Source of the DNA: Octopus bimaculoides
Taxonomy: Eukaryota
Reading direction: 5' to 3'
Assembly (NCBI RefSeq): GCF_001194135.2
Contig: NC_068986.1
Location: 73,898,210 to 73,934,415, forward strand
DNA: 36,206 bases
Positions 1 to 9,325 of this stretch are shown piece by piece. Each line of letters begins with the position of its first letter. The first letter of the stretch is position 1. A model generated the notes under the pieces. The model saw only the letters and a list, made by a program, of their open reading frames with translations. It made no database searches and was not told the DNA's origin. The position numbers were made by a program, and so were the translations under genes.

Positions 1-635
1 ATATATATATATATATAAGTATGTATATGTATGTATGTATATGTCTACACATGAACGCATACATCTGTGAGTCTATATACACCCCCCCACACAGACATGC
101 ATGTGTGGTGTAATGCAGAATGTATTGACTATAAAATACACTAAAATTTATTTATACATTCAGTGTGACAATGTTTATAGGAATATCTTCAACTCTGAAG
201 CTCCACTATGTATTAATGAAACCACTGTATCATTAAATGAATTTATACAACCTAGTTAAGACACATATTTCATTTAGCAGTAAACAGAAAAGGAGTTGCT
301 AGGAACTTCATATGGTTCGTAAGGTGTGCCTAATGTAAACAAACCATGAGTGTACAAAAGGTGCTGCAAGTTCACATGTTGACTTGCAGTAAAAAGGAAT
401 TCATGTGTGGCAAGCATACAGGTGTAATTAGCAAGATATAAATTCCTTTGATTGCTCAGAGGGCTCCCTAAGAGTAATTGTCAGTTTCTGTTACCTTGGT
501 GGCCTAATTATCAGCTGAGGAGGTTGTTGATGGTGCATAGTAGCCAAAGTTAAAATGGGGAGGAAACAAAAAATGTTTAGTGAGCTATTACTTCTACTGG
601 GCAACAAAAGATTCCTTTCCCTAATTGAAGAATTG

Positions 636-720
636 GCATGGCTGTGTGGTAAGAAGCTTGCTTCGAAACCACATGGTTTCAAGTTCAATCCCACTGCGTG
701 GCACTTTGAGTGGAACCCTT
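636..720 (+). mobile_element. SINE family A head fragment
   Basis: GGCATGGCTGTGTGGTAAGAAGCTTGCTTCG...GTTCAATCCCACTGCGTGGCAC. Confidence 0.7.
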
Positions 721-1062
721 CCATAAATGAAGACTAGCTCAGTCCTTGCTGCTCCACTCAGAAAAATCATACAGGCTAAGGGGTAAAATGCTTGTGAACC
801 TGAAATACATGCTGATGACATAGAAGGATGTCCAGCATCACAATGGATTTAGAAAAGCATGCAAGACCTCAGAGTAGTTCCTGCAGTTTCTGTGTGGGAC
901 AGAAGTATCTCTGATGTTTATTTCACCCATTCTGGTCTAAAAGTGGAAGCCTTGTCTCTGGAATACAATTCAAGCTATATTATGAATATGAGATCAGTAG
1001 TGAGTACACATTCTCATGTTCTAATACTACCATGTATGTATGTATGTATGTATGTGCGTGTG

Positions 1063-1068
<6 letters not shown>

Positions 1069-1127
<59 letters not shown>
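1069..1127. repeat. (TA)n microsatellite
   Basis: Direct observation. It is one of many (TA)n tracts (e.g. 4784-4830, 7437-7465, 7500-7534, 34418-34478). Confidence 0.95.
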
Positions 1128-1139
<12 letters not shown>

Positions 1140-1189
1140 AGAGTGTTAAGTGTGATGTACAGAAATTGAATACTGAGAAAAAAGTTGTC

Positions 1190-1256
1190 AGCCTGAACCA
1201 TCAGCCATGATTTACATGGATTCCATGGATGTAAATCATGGCTGATGGTTTGGGTT
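1190..1256 (+). other. Hairpin: 22-bp perfect stem, 11-nt loop, 6 further pairs including G-U
   Basis: AACCATCAGCCATGATTTACAT (1196-1217) pairs with ATGTAAATCATGGCTGATGGTT (1229-1250). AGCCTG/TGGGTT extends the stem in RNA. Confidence 0.9.
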
Positions 1257-1644
1257 CAAGAGGGGAACAAGGGCGCTAGTAGGGATGAAGAAGTGAAAAG
1301 ATTTTTTTTTCCAAAATTCTGACTACTTTCTTCCTTAATATATATATATAAATAAATAGATAATGATAGTTATGGTCAGTCTATGGGGTTACCTAGTCTT
1401 TCACATCCATAAAGCACTTAGCTTTACAACATCTCTTCAGACCCTAATACCTGGTGGCCTATAACATCTTTTCAGTGTGAAGGGAGAAAAGACCTCATGG
1501 CTAGTTGTTGATCACATGGACAAAGGAGAAGGGTTAAATGCAAGGGATTGTCTTCTGTAGACTACTATTCGTAATCAACCTGGTCAACTTGTGGGACCCT
1601 GCTTACACTTCAGAAGATTCCAACTGAAGTCCTGGGAGTTCTGA

Positions 1645-1800
1645 TTCCTCCAAAGTCAATTTGCCTTTCATCCTTAAGGTAGTGATAAAATAAGTACCAG
1701 TTGAGCACTGAGGTCGATGTAATCTCTTTACCTCCTTCTCCCAGTTTGTTGACCTTCTGCCAGAATTTGAAATCATTGTTATTGTTATGATTATTATTCA
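1645..1800 (+). mobile_element. SINE family B fragment
   Basis: TTTGCCTTTCATCCTTAAGGTAGTGATAAAATAAGTACCAGTTGAGCACTG, followed by an (ATT)-type tail. Confidence 0.7.
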
Positions 1801-1929
1801 TGATAACAGCAACAATAATAGCTGCATTTGCCTTTTTTTATGGCTTGAGTGCCTAAAGACTGTTAGGATGTAAATAGACTTGAGCGATCAAGATAATATT
1901 GAGACAGTTGTCTGCTATTGTCTTGGTTG

Positions 1930-2310
1930 CCATCAAAGACACTTATCAGCTTTATTGCTTTTTACCAGATTTTAAACAAAAGATTTAATGAGTGTAAGTA
2001 TGATGTCAGACACAATAACACTACTTCAAATGAACTCAACAAGCATTTTACTACAAATGACTGTAACTTTGATGAATGCCCTAAAGTACAAATTCTAGGA
2101 AGATATTCTGATTCCACTGAACTTTCAGTTCTTAATACATATGAAGACAAATACAATTGGGTTTTACTACAAATGATTGTAAATTTGCTGAACATCTTAA
2201 AGCACACATTCTCGGAAAATATTTTGACTCACTGAATTTTCAGTCCTCAATACATATGGAGATAAATAAAATTGGGTTGATGAACAAAATGATAGAGGAG
2301 TCCCATCACC
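1930..2310 (+). pseudogene. Degraded PLE GIY-YIG endonuclease fragment (a different, older element)
   Basis: ORF-track frame LNKRFNECKYDVRHNNTTSNELNKHFTTNDCNFDECPKVQIL resembles the PLE endonuclease segment LxxRFxEHKxD...HF...H.F....VQIL. There is an internal imperfect ~73-bp direct repeat (about 2091-2163 vs 2207-2278). Confidence 0.5.
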
Positions 2311-2656
2311 TGTAGTCAAGGGATTTAGATTTATACAAAAAGGGTTGAATGCATTGAAGGCCTGGGTAATTTACATAATTTAAACAAAGCTCAGTGATGA
2401 GGAATGACTCAGAGTGGCCATGTAAGTGAACAATATAGACAAATAGAAGTACTTCAAATACCACACAAGATAAATTCTTGATGTATTAGAATTATCTTTG
2501 TCCCTAGAAGACTTTGTATAGTTATTAAATGGTAATTAAGACCAGCCATATATAAAAGAGGTAAAAGCCCCCTTCAGTCATGAATGACCATGGAATTGCA
2601 CCTAGTTGTTGAACACATCGACAAAGGAGAAGGGTTGAATGCAAAATATTGATCAT

Positions 2657-3027
2657 CTTTGAGTTCTGAATTCAAATTTCTCCGAGATCAACTTTGCCTT
2701 TCATCCTTTTGGGGTCCTGAGGTTCATGCAATCCCCAGATCCCCTCCCAAATTTCAGGCCTTGTGCCTATTGGAGAAAAGATTATCATCATCATCATTAT
2801 TATTATTATTATTACTATTATTATTATTGTTAAGGTGGTGAGCTGACAGAATCGTTAGTGTGCTGGGCAAAATACTTCGTGGCATTTACATTCTAAGTTC
2901 AAATTCTACCGAGGTTGACTTTGTTTTTCATCCTGTCAGGGTTGTGGAGTTGATGCAATTGACTAGTCCCCTTCCCCAAAATTTCAGCCCTTGTGCCTTT
3001 AGTAGAAAGGATTATCATTATTATTAT
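2657..3027 (+). mobile_element. Two tandem family B SINEs (first 5'-truncated)
   Basis: 2657-2830 and 2834-3027 carry the same motifs and (ATT)n tails as the 27946 array. Confidence 0.8.
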
Positions 3028-3062
3028 CCCAGCAACACTGGTGAATTACAATTCCTCAGTTG

Positions 3063-3127
<65 letters not shown>

Positions 3128-3135
3128 AAATGTAA

Positions 3136-3525
3136 TAGGCAGGTCAATATACAAGTCTTCTGTCTGTCAACACCTTCTATGTAAGATCTTTTTCCTGAAG
3201 ATGGAAGCTCACTTCATCTGATGAAGGAATCAATAATCCCCTAACATTATTTTGGATCATCGAGTCACTGGAAGCAGGTGTTGGATTTGTAATACTTTTC
3301 TTCAACCCCTTTAATTCTTGATATCATTTCTATTCTGTGTTAGTCGGACTTTTTTTGTATGTAAACATGTATACATTTTTTTGTATTTCCATTATTTTAT
3401 ATACTTTGTATATTGACCTGCCTAACTTACTTACCCTTACATTTCTGTACCCGCTCAAGTTTAAACCACCTGAGCAATACGAAGTGTATTCTATACAGAG
3501 AATATCTGATTCTCATCTATGAACT
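3136..3525. repeat. Probable PLE pseudo-LTR relic bounded by a 19-bp perfect inverted repeat
   Basis: TAGGCAGGTCAATATACAA (3136-3154) is inverted at 3406-3424. It lies next to a (TA)n(GA)n tract and has a CTGATGAAGG motif at 3218. Confidence 0.4.
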
Positions 3526-4324
3526 ATATATCATCATTACCATCATCATTTAACATCCACTTTTTCATGTTGGCATGGGTTGGATGGTTTGATAGGAACT
3601 GGTGAGTCAGAGGACTGCATCAATCTCCATATATTAGTCATTGTATAGGCATCATAGCCCATTCAAGTTTGTTGTTATTTTGTATCAGGTTAACCCTGAT
3701 TGAAGAACAGACACATGTTCAGTGGACTTCCCTGCATAACAATCCTGTCGATTTAAGAGAGAAATTGTGGGAAATTTGGCTGCTATTTCTAGTTGACAAA
3801 GTGACCATTTAGAGGCTCATTAATTCACCAGAAACTTAAAATGTAAATTGTCAAATTTCATGATATCATTGCTTGGCAGCAAATAACGGTCAAGACATAG
3901 GGATTAATACCATCAAGCATCTCTGTGATAAAAATCTATCTTTTAAAGAATGAAAGTTCTGCATCACCACTACCACCATTTCTGGCATCTACAAAACTGT
4001 GAAATCTCTTGAATGGCAGTCTTTTTTTTTTTTAATTATTTTTTTTATTTCATGTCTCAACAAAGCTTCTGGATTCTTTCCTCTTATTGATTGGTAATGT
4101 GCATCGACCGTGTTCAGAAACAGGGTCATGTCCAATATTATAATAGGAAAATCACAACTATAGCACTGTTGGTGTGAAAGGAAATGGTAATGGCTGTAGA
4201 ATTTGGCGCTAGGATGGATGATGTTTGTTTTTACAGTTGCTTTTGTTGTTGCTGTTCTTTGTTCTAAATCTTAATTTATATTGATTTATTTCAGCTTGGC
4301 ACCAAACTAACATCTTTATCTTAA

Positions 4325-4570
4325 ATCTTTTTTTACTTGTTTCTGTCATTGAACTACAGCCATGCCATGCTGGAGCATCATCTTTAAGGCTTTAGTGCAA
4401 CCCAGTTCTTTTCTTTTTTTTTTAATTTTAAAGTCTGGTACTTATTCTGTTGGTTTCTTTTGCTGCACTACTAAGTTAAATGGGACTTAACAAAACCAAC
4501 ACCAATAATGAAGAGGTCGTGGTGGTGGTGGTGGAAGCAAACATGCAAAAGCACACACACACACACACAC
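4325..4570 (-). mobile_element. SINE family A, 3' half ending in the (CA)n linker
   Basis: TTACTTGTTTCTGTCATTGAACTACAGCCATGC...CTGGTACTTATTCTGTTGG...CTAAGTTA. Confidence 0.7.
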
Positions 4571-4600
4571 AAGGACATGCATATACATGTATGCATATCA

Positions 4601-4775
4601 TCATCATTACCATCATCATTTAACATCCACTTTTTCATGTTGGCATGGGTTGGATGGTTTGATAGAAACTGGTGAGTCAGAGGATTGCACCAATCTCCAG
4701 TATTTGCTTTGGCATGGTTTTTCTATGGCTAGATGCCATTCCTAATGCCACCCACCTTACAAATTGTATTAGGTG
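4601..4775 (-). mobile_element. Family C repeat, 3' part; the first 99 bp are duplicated at 3531-3629
   Basis: (CAT)n TTTAACATCCACTTTTTCATGTTGGCATGGGTTGG...; offset 1070 bp, 3 mismatches. Confidence 0.75.
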
Positions 4776-4783
4776 GGTGGCAC

Positions 4784-4830
<47 letters not shown>

Positions 4831-4945
4831 ATCAAAATAAGCAATATGGATTTCAAAGATGATTGCAGTACGCACGTTTCATGCTACTCCATTTATTTAA
4901 GTAATGCGAGCATTACACTAAATGCAATATGTAGAGCAATCTTCA
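4831..4945 (-). repeat. Inverted copy of the PLE pseudo-LTR segment, including most of the hammerhead (truncated by the gap)
   Basis: Reverse complement of 7226-7340 with 2 substitutions. It starts directly after (TA)n and ends at the N gap. Confidence 0.85.
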
Positions 4946-5411
4946 NNNNNNNNNNNNNNNNNNNNNNNNNNNNNNNNNNNNNNNNNNNNNNNNNNNNNNN
5001 NNNNNNNNNNNNNNNNNNNNNNNNNNNNNNNNNNNNNNNNNNNNNNNNNNNNNNNNNNNNNNNNNNNNNNNNNNNNNNNNNNNNNNNNNNNNNNNNNNNN
5101 NNNNNNNNNNNNNNNNNNNNNNNNNNNNNNNNNNNNNNNNNNNNNNNNNNNNNNNNNNNNNNNNNNNNNNNNNNNNNNNNNNNNNNNNNNNNNNNNNNNN
5201 NNNNNNNNNNNNNNNNNNNNNNNNNNNNNNNNNNNNNNNNNNNNNNNNNNNNNNNNNNNNNNNNNNNNNNNNNNNNNNNNNNNNNNNNNNNNNNNNNNNN
5301 NNNNNNNNNNNNNNNNNNNNNNNNNNNNNNNNNNNNNNNNNNNNNNNNNNNNNNNNNNNNNNNNNNNNNNNNNNNNNNNNNNNNNNNNNNNNNNNNNNNN
5401 NNNNNNNNNNN
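4946..5411. other. Assembly gap (others at 10590-10869, 17597-17606, 18752-19194, 26999-27026, 33968-33977)
   Basis: N runs. Confidence 1.
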
Positions 5412-5412
5412 A

Positions 5413-5952
5413 TATATACCTAATAGTAGAATTGAGGAATCGACAAATAATATTAGTGTAAATAAGTGTAATAATAATAATAGAGATATTAGAAATAATA
5501 TAGGTGGGTTTGATAGCACCACCATGTGCAACTGCAGAAATAAGTCCCATTGTCCTTCATTAGGAATTTGTTGCACCCGTAACGTAGTGTACAGATGCAT
5601 TATTAGTACAATAACCGAGAATTATATTTACATAGGATGTAGTATTAATGTGAAACAGAGAATATATAACCATAGGTCCTCTTTTAGACTTAGACATAAG
5701 GCAAATAGTACGACATTGGCAAGTAAAATTTGGGAGTTAAAAGATAATGGTATTAATTTTAGCCTTAAATGGGAAATTATAAGAATAGCTCAAACTTATA
5801 GAAATAATAGATATGGATGTGAATTCTGTTCTATGGAAATATATGAAATTTTTAAACTTAGAAATAATCCTAATCTAATCAATAATAGATTAGACCTCAG
5901 GGTATCGTGTGTACACTGCTCTACTCGCACTTTTAAATTTAAAAAAAAATAG
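5413..5952 (+). CDS. C-terminal part of a PLE ORF: RT-EN linker (CNCRNKSHC = CxCx5C) plus GIY-YIG endonuclease; 5' end lost in the gap
   Basis: Open frame of about 180 codons: CNCRNKSHCP, VVY-x12-YIG (5584-5637), KQRIYNHRSSF (catalytic Arg), NSTTLASKIWELK, CEFCSME (catalytic Glu), LINNR, SCVH, stop TAG at 5950-5952. This is a typical PLE endonuclease motif order. Confidence 0.88.
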   Translation, partial: YIPNSRIEESTNNISVNKCNNNNRDIRNNIGGFDSTTMCNCRNKSHCPSLGICCTRNVVYRCIISTITENYIYIGCSINVKQRIYNHRSSFRLRHKANSTTLASKIWELKDNGINFSLKWEIIRIAQTYRNNRYGCEFCSMEIYEIFKLRNNPNLINNRLDLRVSCVHCSTRTFKFKKK

Positions 5953-7219
5953 TTTTTATAAAGTAGTTAAAATTATCAAATTATAGTATTTTAACTTCTA
6001 CCATGGTCATCTAGGGCTATTAATTAGCACAAATTTTAAATTGGAAATTGAACCTTTATAACATATATTCTTGATCTCTCACCTTTACATTTAATCTACT
6101 TATGATAAATAAGATTTAAAATCTACTTCATAGAAGATATTCTTTCACACCACTTCTGCTATTGCTGTTAGTTTCTCAATATGTATCTTAACCCTATATA
6201 GCTTATAAGAATAGAAAATTTTCAGAAGTTTTTACGTTATTTAATGCTTGACTTTAAAAGAATCATTATTATTGTTATTATTACATTATTCCAGGGCTTA
6301 CAGCAATAGTGTCTTGTTTATTTTGTATTTTTTTTACTTAAATAAATCTAATCCTTATGCCCAAAATTAATCTAATCCTTATTCAATTAATATTTTTTAA
6401 TTAGCCCATGTTAATCTTGAAACAAATCCATGACAATTGAAACTTTTAATCAATCATCAGGTTCCTGTATTGGATGTCCTTGTTAATTCCTAATATCCTT
6501 TTTCTTTTTCTGTCCCTTAAACCTTAGTAAACCCATAAACTAATATAAATCCTATACTAATTTTTCTTCACATTATAAAAATATAGCTTAAATTTTATGT
6601 GTCTTCTAAATAGTATTATTATATATATCAGCTAAAATTTTAGAATAATTTTTTTAAATAATTCAAAATAATTTTCATGAACCCAATATACTTAATATCC
6701 TTAGACTTTACACCTTATCTATAGCCTCTGAATTCAATACTGACATTACTTCATGTTTTTTTATTAGCATACCACTTATTGTTAAAATATTGGTTAAACT
6801 AATATTGATATCTGTAAAACAATACTGATGCTCTATTCAGACTAAAGAAAAAGCCCTGTTTGACCTATATACCTAGGGTTTAATTCCTCAACATTTTGAT
6901 AGTAGTAAAAAAAACCCAACCTATAAGAGTGTTGCCACTCTGACCAGAGAATCCTTTATAACCATATCTTTTATAGCCTTGTCCATGCATAATGCTTACA
7001 CCTTCCCTTTCCTTAGAAGTGATTGTCCCTCATACTATTACTACTAGATAAGAGGCAATAAAATCAGGAACAGTTAGAATTTTTTGCCTAGAACCAATTA
7101 CTAGCCTGATAGACTTGGCTATGTCAAGATGGATTTTTATGTATTCTTCCTCCCACTTGGATTTGAAATGTTGCCACAATTATAATATGTCTATTCTACT
7201 GTAATTTTCTGCATTTTCC

Positions 7220-7307
7220 TGCAGCTGAAGATTGCTCTACATATTGCATTTAATGTAATGCTCGCATTACTTAAATAAATGGAGTAGCATGAAACGTGCG
7301 TACTGCA
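7220..7307 (+). ncRNA. Type I hammerhead ribozyme in the PLE pseudo-LTR
   Basis: Stem I UGCAG (7220-24) pairs with CUGCA (7303-07). Core CUGAAGA (7225-31). Long stem II (7232-7290) with apical GUAAUG-cucg-CAUUAC. GAAA (7291-94). Minimal stem III AC-gugc-GU. Cleavage triplet GUA (7300-02). Confidence 0.8.
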
Positions 7308-7431
7308 ATCATCTTTGAAATCCATGTTGCTTATTTTGATTTTTTGATCACCTAGTTTTTTTGGAATGGTTTTTGTATAATACCATACCATACTATATTC
7401 TGGTGCCTAAACATAAGTACCATATTCAATC

Positions 7432-7467
<36 letters not shown>

Positions 7468-7495
7468 TTTTACTTGTTTCAGTCATTTTAAACAA

Positions 7496-7536
<41 letters not shown>

Positions 7537-7545
7537 CTAAAAGAT

Positions 7546-7905
7546 ACAATACAGGTTTTTATGTGCTGCTAATAGCTTCATATTCATCAGGCATGAACCA
7601 CATATCATAATGAACTAAAAATTGAATGAGAGAAGAAATGTGAAAAGTTGAGAAGGAAGCATATAGAAAACATGGAAGGTTAAAAAAAATGGAAAACAGA
7701 AAAGTGAAAATTAAAGAGTAAAAAAGGTGAATGAGTTATTCTCCTTAGACCTTAAATTATAAGGCTGGAAATATATCAAGTTAATCACATGTAGATGGAA
7801 TTCAGTTGGTAGTTCATTATGATATGTGGTTAGTGCCCTGATGAATATATTTGAGGTGTTTTTCAGCATATGCAAATACTAGTAGTGTATAAAAACATGT
7901 ATTGT
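7546..7905. repeat. Fold-back (inverted repeat) relic, probably PLE pseudo-LTR derived
   Basis: A perfect 22-bp core (7596-7617 vs 7810-7831) extends imperfectly to 7546 and 7905. Both arms contain CTGATGA. It sits next to (TA)n. Confidence 0.6.
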
Positions 7906-7997
7906 CTATTTATCTATTCACCTGATAGAGTACTATTTATCTTTCACCAGATGGAGCATTATTTCTGTTGATCACAGAACAGTGTATGTGTGTGTGT

Positions 7998-8164
7998 CTA
8001 GACTTCTGCACAGTTTTTGTCTCCCAAATTCAATCCCAATGCATTCAATCATCAGTTGGCCTTGGGCTATAGTAGAACACTTGCTCAAAGTGCTGTGCAG
8101 TGGGACTTAACCCAAAATCACCTGGTTACAAAGTAAGCTTCATAACCACACAGCTATGCACGCC
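7998..8164 (-). mobile_element. SINE family A, head half
   Basis: GGCCTTGGGCTATAGTAGAACACTTGCTCAAAGTGCTGTGCAGTGGGACTTAACCC...ACCACACAGCTATGCACGCC. Confidence 0.7.
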
Positions 8165-9325
8165 TTTTATTATTTTTTTTGCTTCCTTTTTTCTATAGAA
8201 TAATAATATATTTAATTGTATTACAATCTGGATATTACAGGTCACTAATATATTACTGGTATCTATTTTATCAATCTCACTCACCATGAAGTTAAAATCA
8301 ATCTCAGTAAGATTTTTATGAAGAATTCAGAGAGATAATACTAAGTGCTGTGAATAAATTTGTTCATCACATTGCTACTGTTGTTTCTTTGATTAATTGG
8401 TGGAATTCTGGCTTAAGCATCCCATATAAACCCTTGAAGCTTTTGAATGTTTTTGAATTTTCGAAGAATGTTTATGAATTTGTATTCTACACATGGAATT
8501 TCATATGATTATGAAAAAACGAAATAATAATTTTCTAAAAATTTCTTAACCCCGGCCAGCAAATCCAAGGATTTTTACTCTTTTTTGAAATTTTTATAAA
8601 ATCAGAGTTTAAAACACCCATGGGCACACCACCATTCTATTAAATATGTCTATAAAAATATTGAAGAACATCAACTCATGTCACAGTGACAAAAAAAACA
8701 AAAAAAAAACAAGGAAGGTATCAGGTGGTCGTGGGATGTACTAAAAACAACAGACAAAAAAAAAGAATTTTTTTTTCTTTTTGCATGAACATATGAATTC
8801 CTGTGCGTAGAACAGAAATTCACACAAATTTTCTGAAATTTCCAAAGAATAAAAAATGTTACAATAGGTTATATGGTTGTTTAAACCAGAATTCCACTGA
8901 TGAATCCCATTTTTAAAAACCCTTTGCTTGTACAAAATATCTTCATAAGTTTGCCTTAGAAATCCATGTCTGTTTTCAGACTTCAGCTATCCATTGTTTC
9001 ATATGTTCTGAGTAATATAAAGCTTTCCTTTCGTAAGTCCCAAGGTTACTCTGATGGTCGAAAATATGGAGAATGTGCATTGTATATGATGCATAAATGC
9101 CAGGACTGTCAAAGGGCTAAGATGGTGGATTATGATTTGAGGGAGGTTAGCTTCTATTTTTAGCAAATTCAGTAACCACAAAAAATTTCCTCTGTTGGCT
9201 AGAACTTTGATCTAATTCAAATATGTTCATATGTGTGAGGTGTCTTAGTTTAAGTATTTTGGTTTTGATGTGTAACAGAGCAATAATGATTGTGAGTATT
9301 TTGTGTCAATGTTATAATGTGTGTA

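Larger units (their letters stand above)
4831..7437 (+). mobile_element. Penelope-like retroelement (PLE), Hydra-clade-like: GIY-YIG endonuclease, 3' pseudo-LTR with hammerhead ribozyme, inverted partial pseudo-LTR at the 5' end
   Basis: Endonuclease ORF at 5413-5952. 4831-4945 is the reverse complement of 7226-7340 (115 bp, 2 mismatches). A hammerhead lies at 7220-7307. Both ends abut (TA)n tracts. The 5' part is hidden by the N gap 4946-5411. It is an inference that all parts belong to one element. Confidence 0.75.

Noticed and set aside
1500-2645. Two short related segments (1501-1545, 2602-2645), possibly RTE LINE 5' UTR
   Set aside because: The similarity between them is visible, but the family assignment rests on vague memory and there is no coding remnant.
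3218-3250. CTGATGAAGG hammerhead-like core
   Set aside because: No GAAA and no stem I or III partner can be built.
4672-5412. The 426-aa ORF as a whole, and the other X-containing ORFs (4893-5600, 10413-11012, 18658-19282)
   Set aside because: Their length is created by N gaps. Only 5413-5952 is real coding sequence.
8546-8560. TTAACCCC as a piggyBac left end
   Set aside because: No matching GGG-TTAA right end or TIR was found.
8700-9310. Minus-strand frame that reads protein-like (PFDSPGIYASY...WISKANL*RYF...)
   Set aside because: About 7-8 stops in 200 codons and no recognisable motif. This is not clearly better than chance without a homology search.
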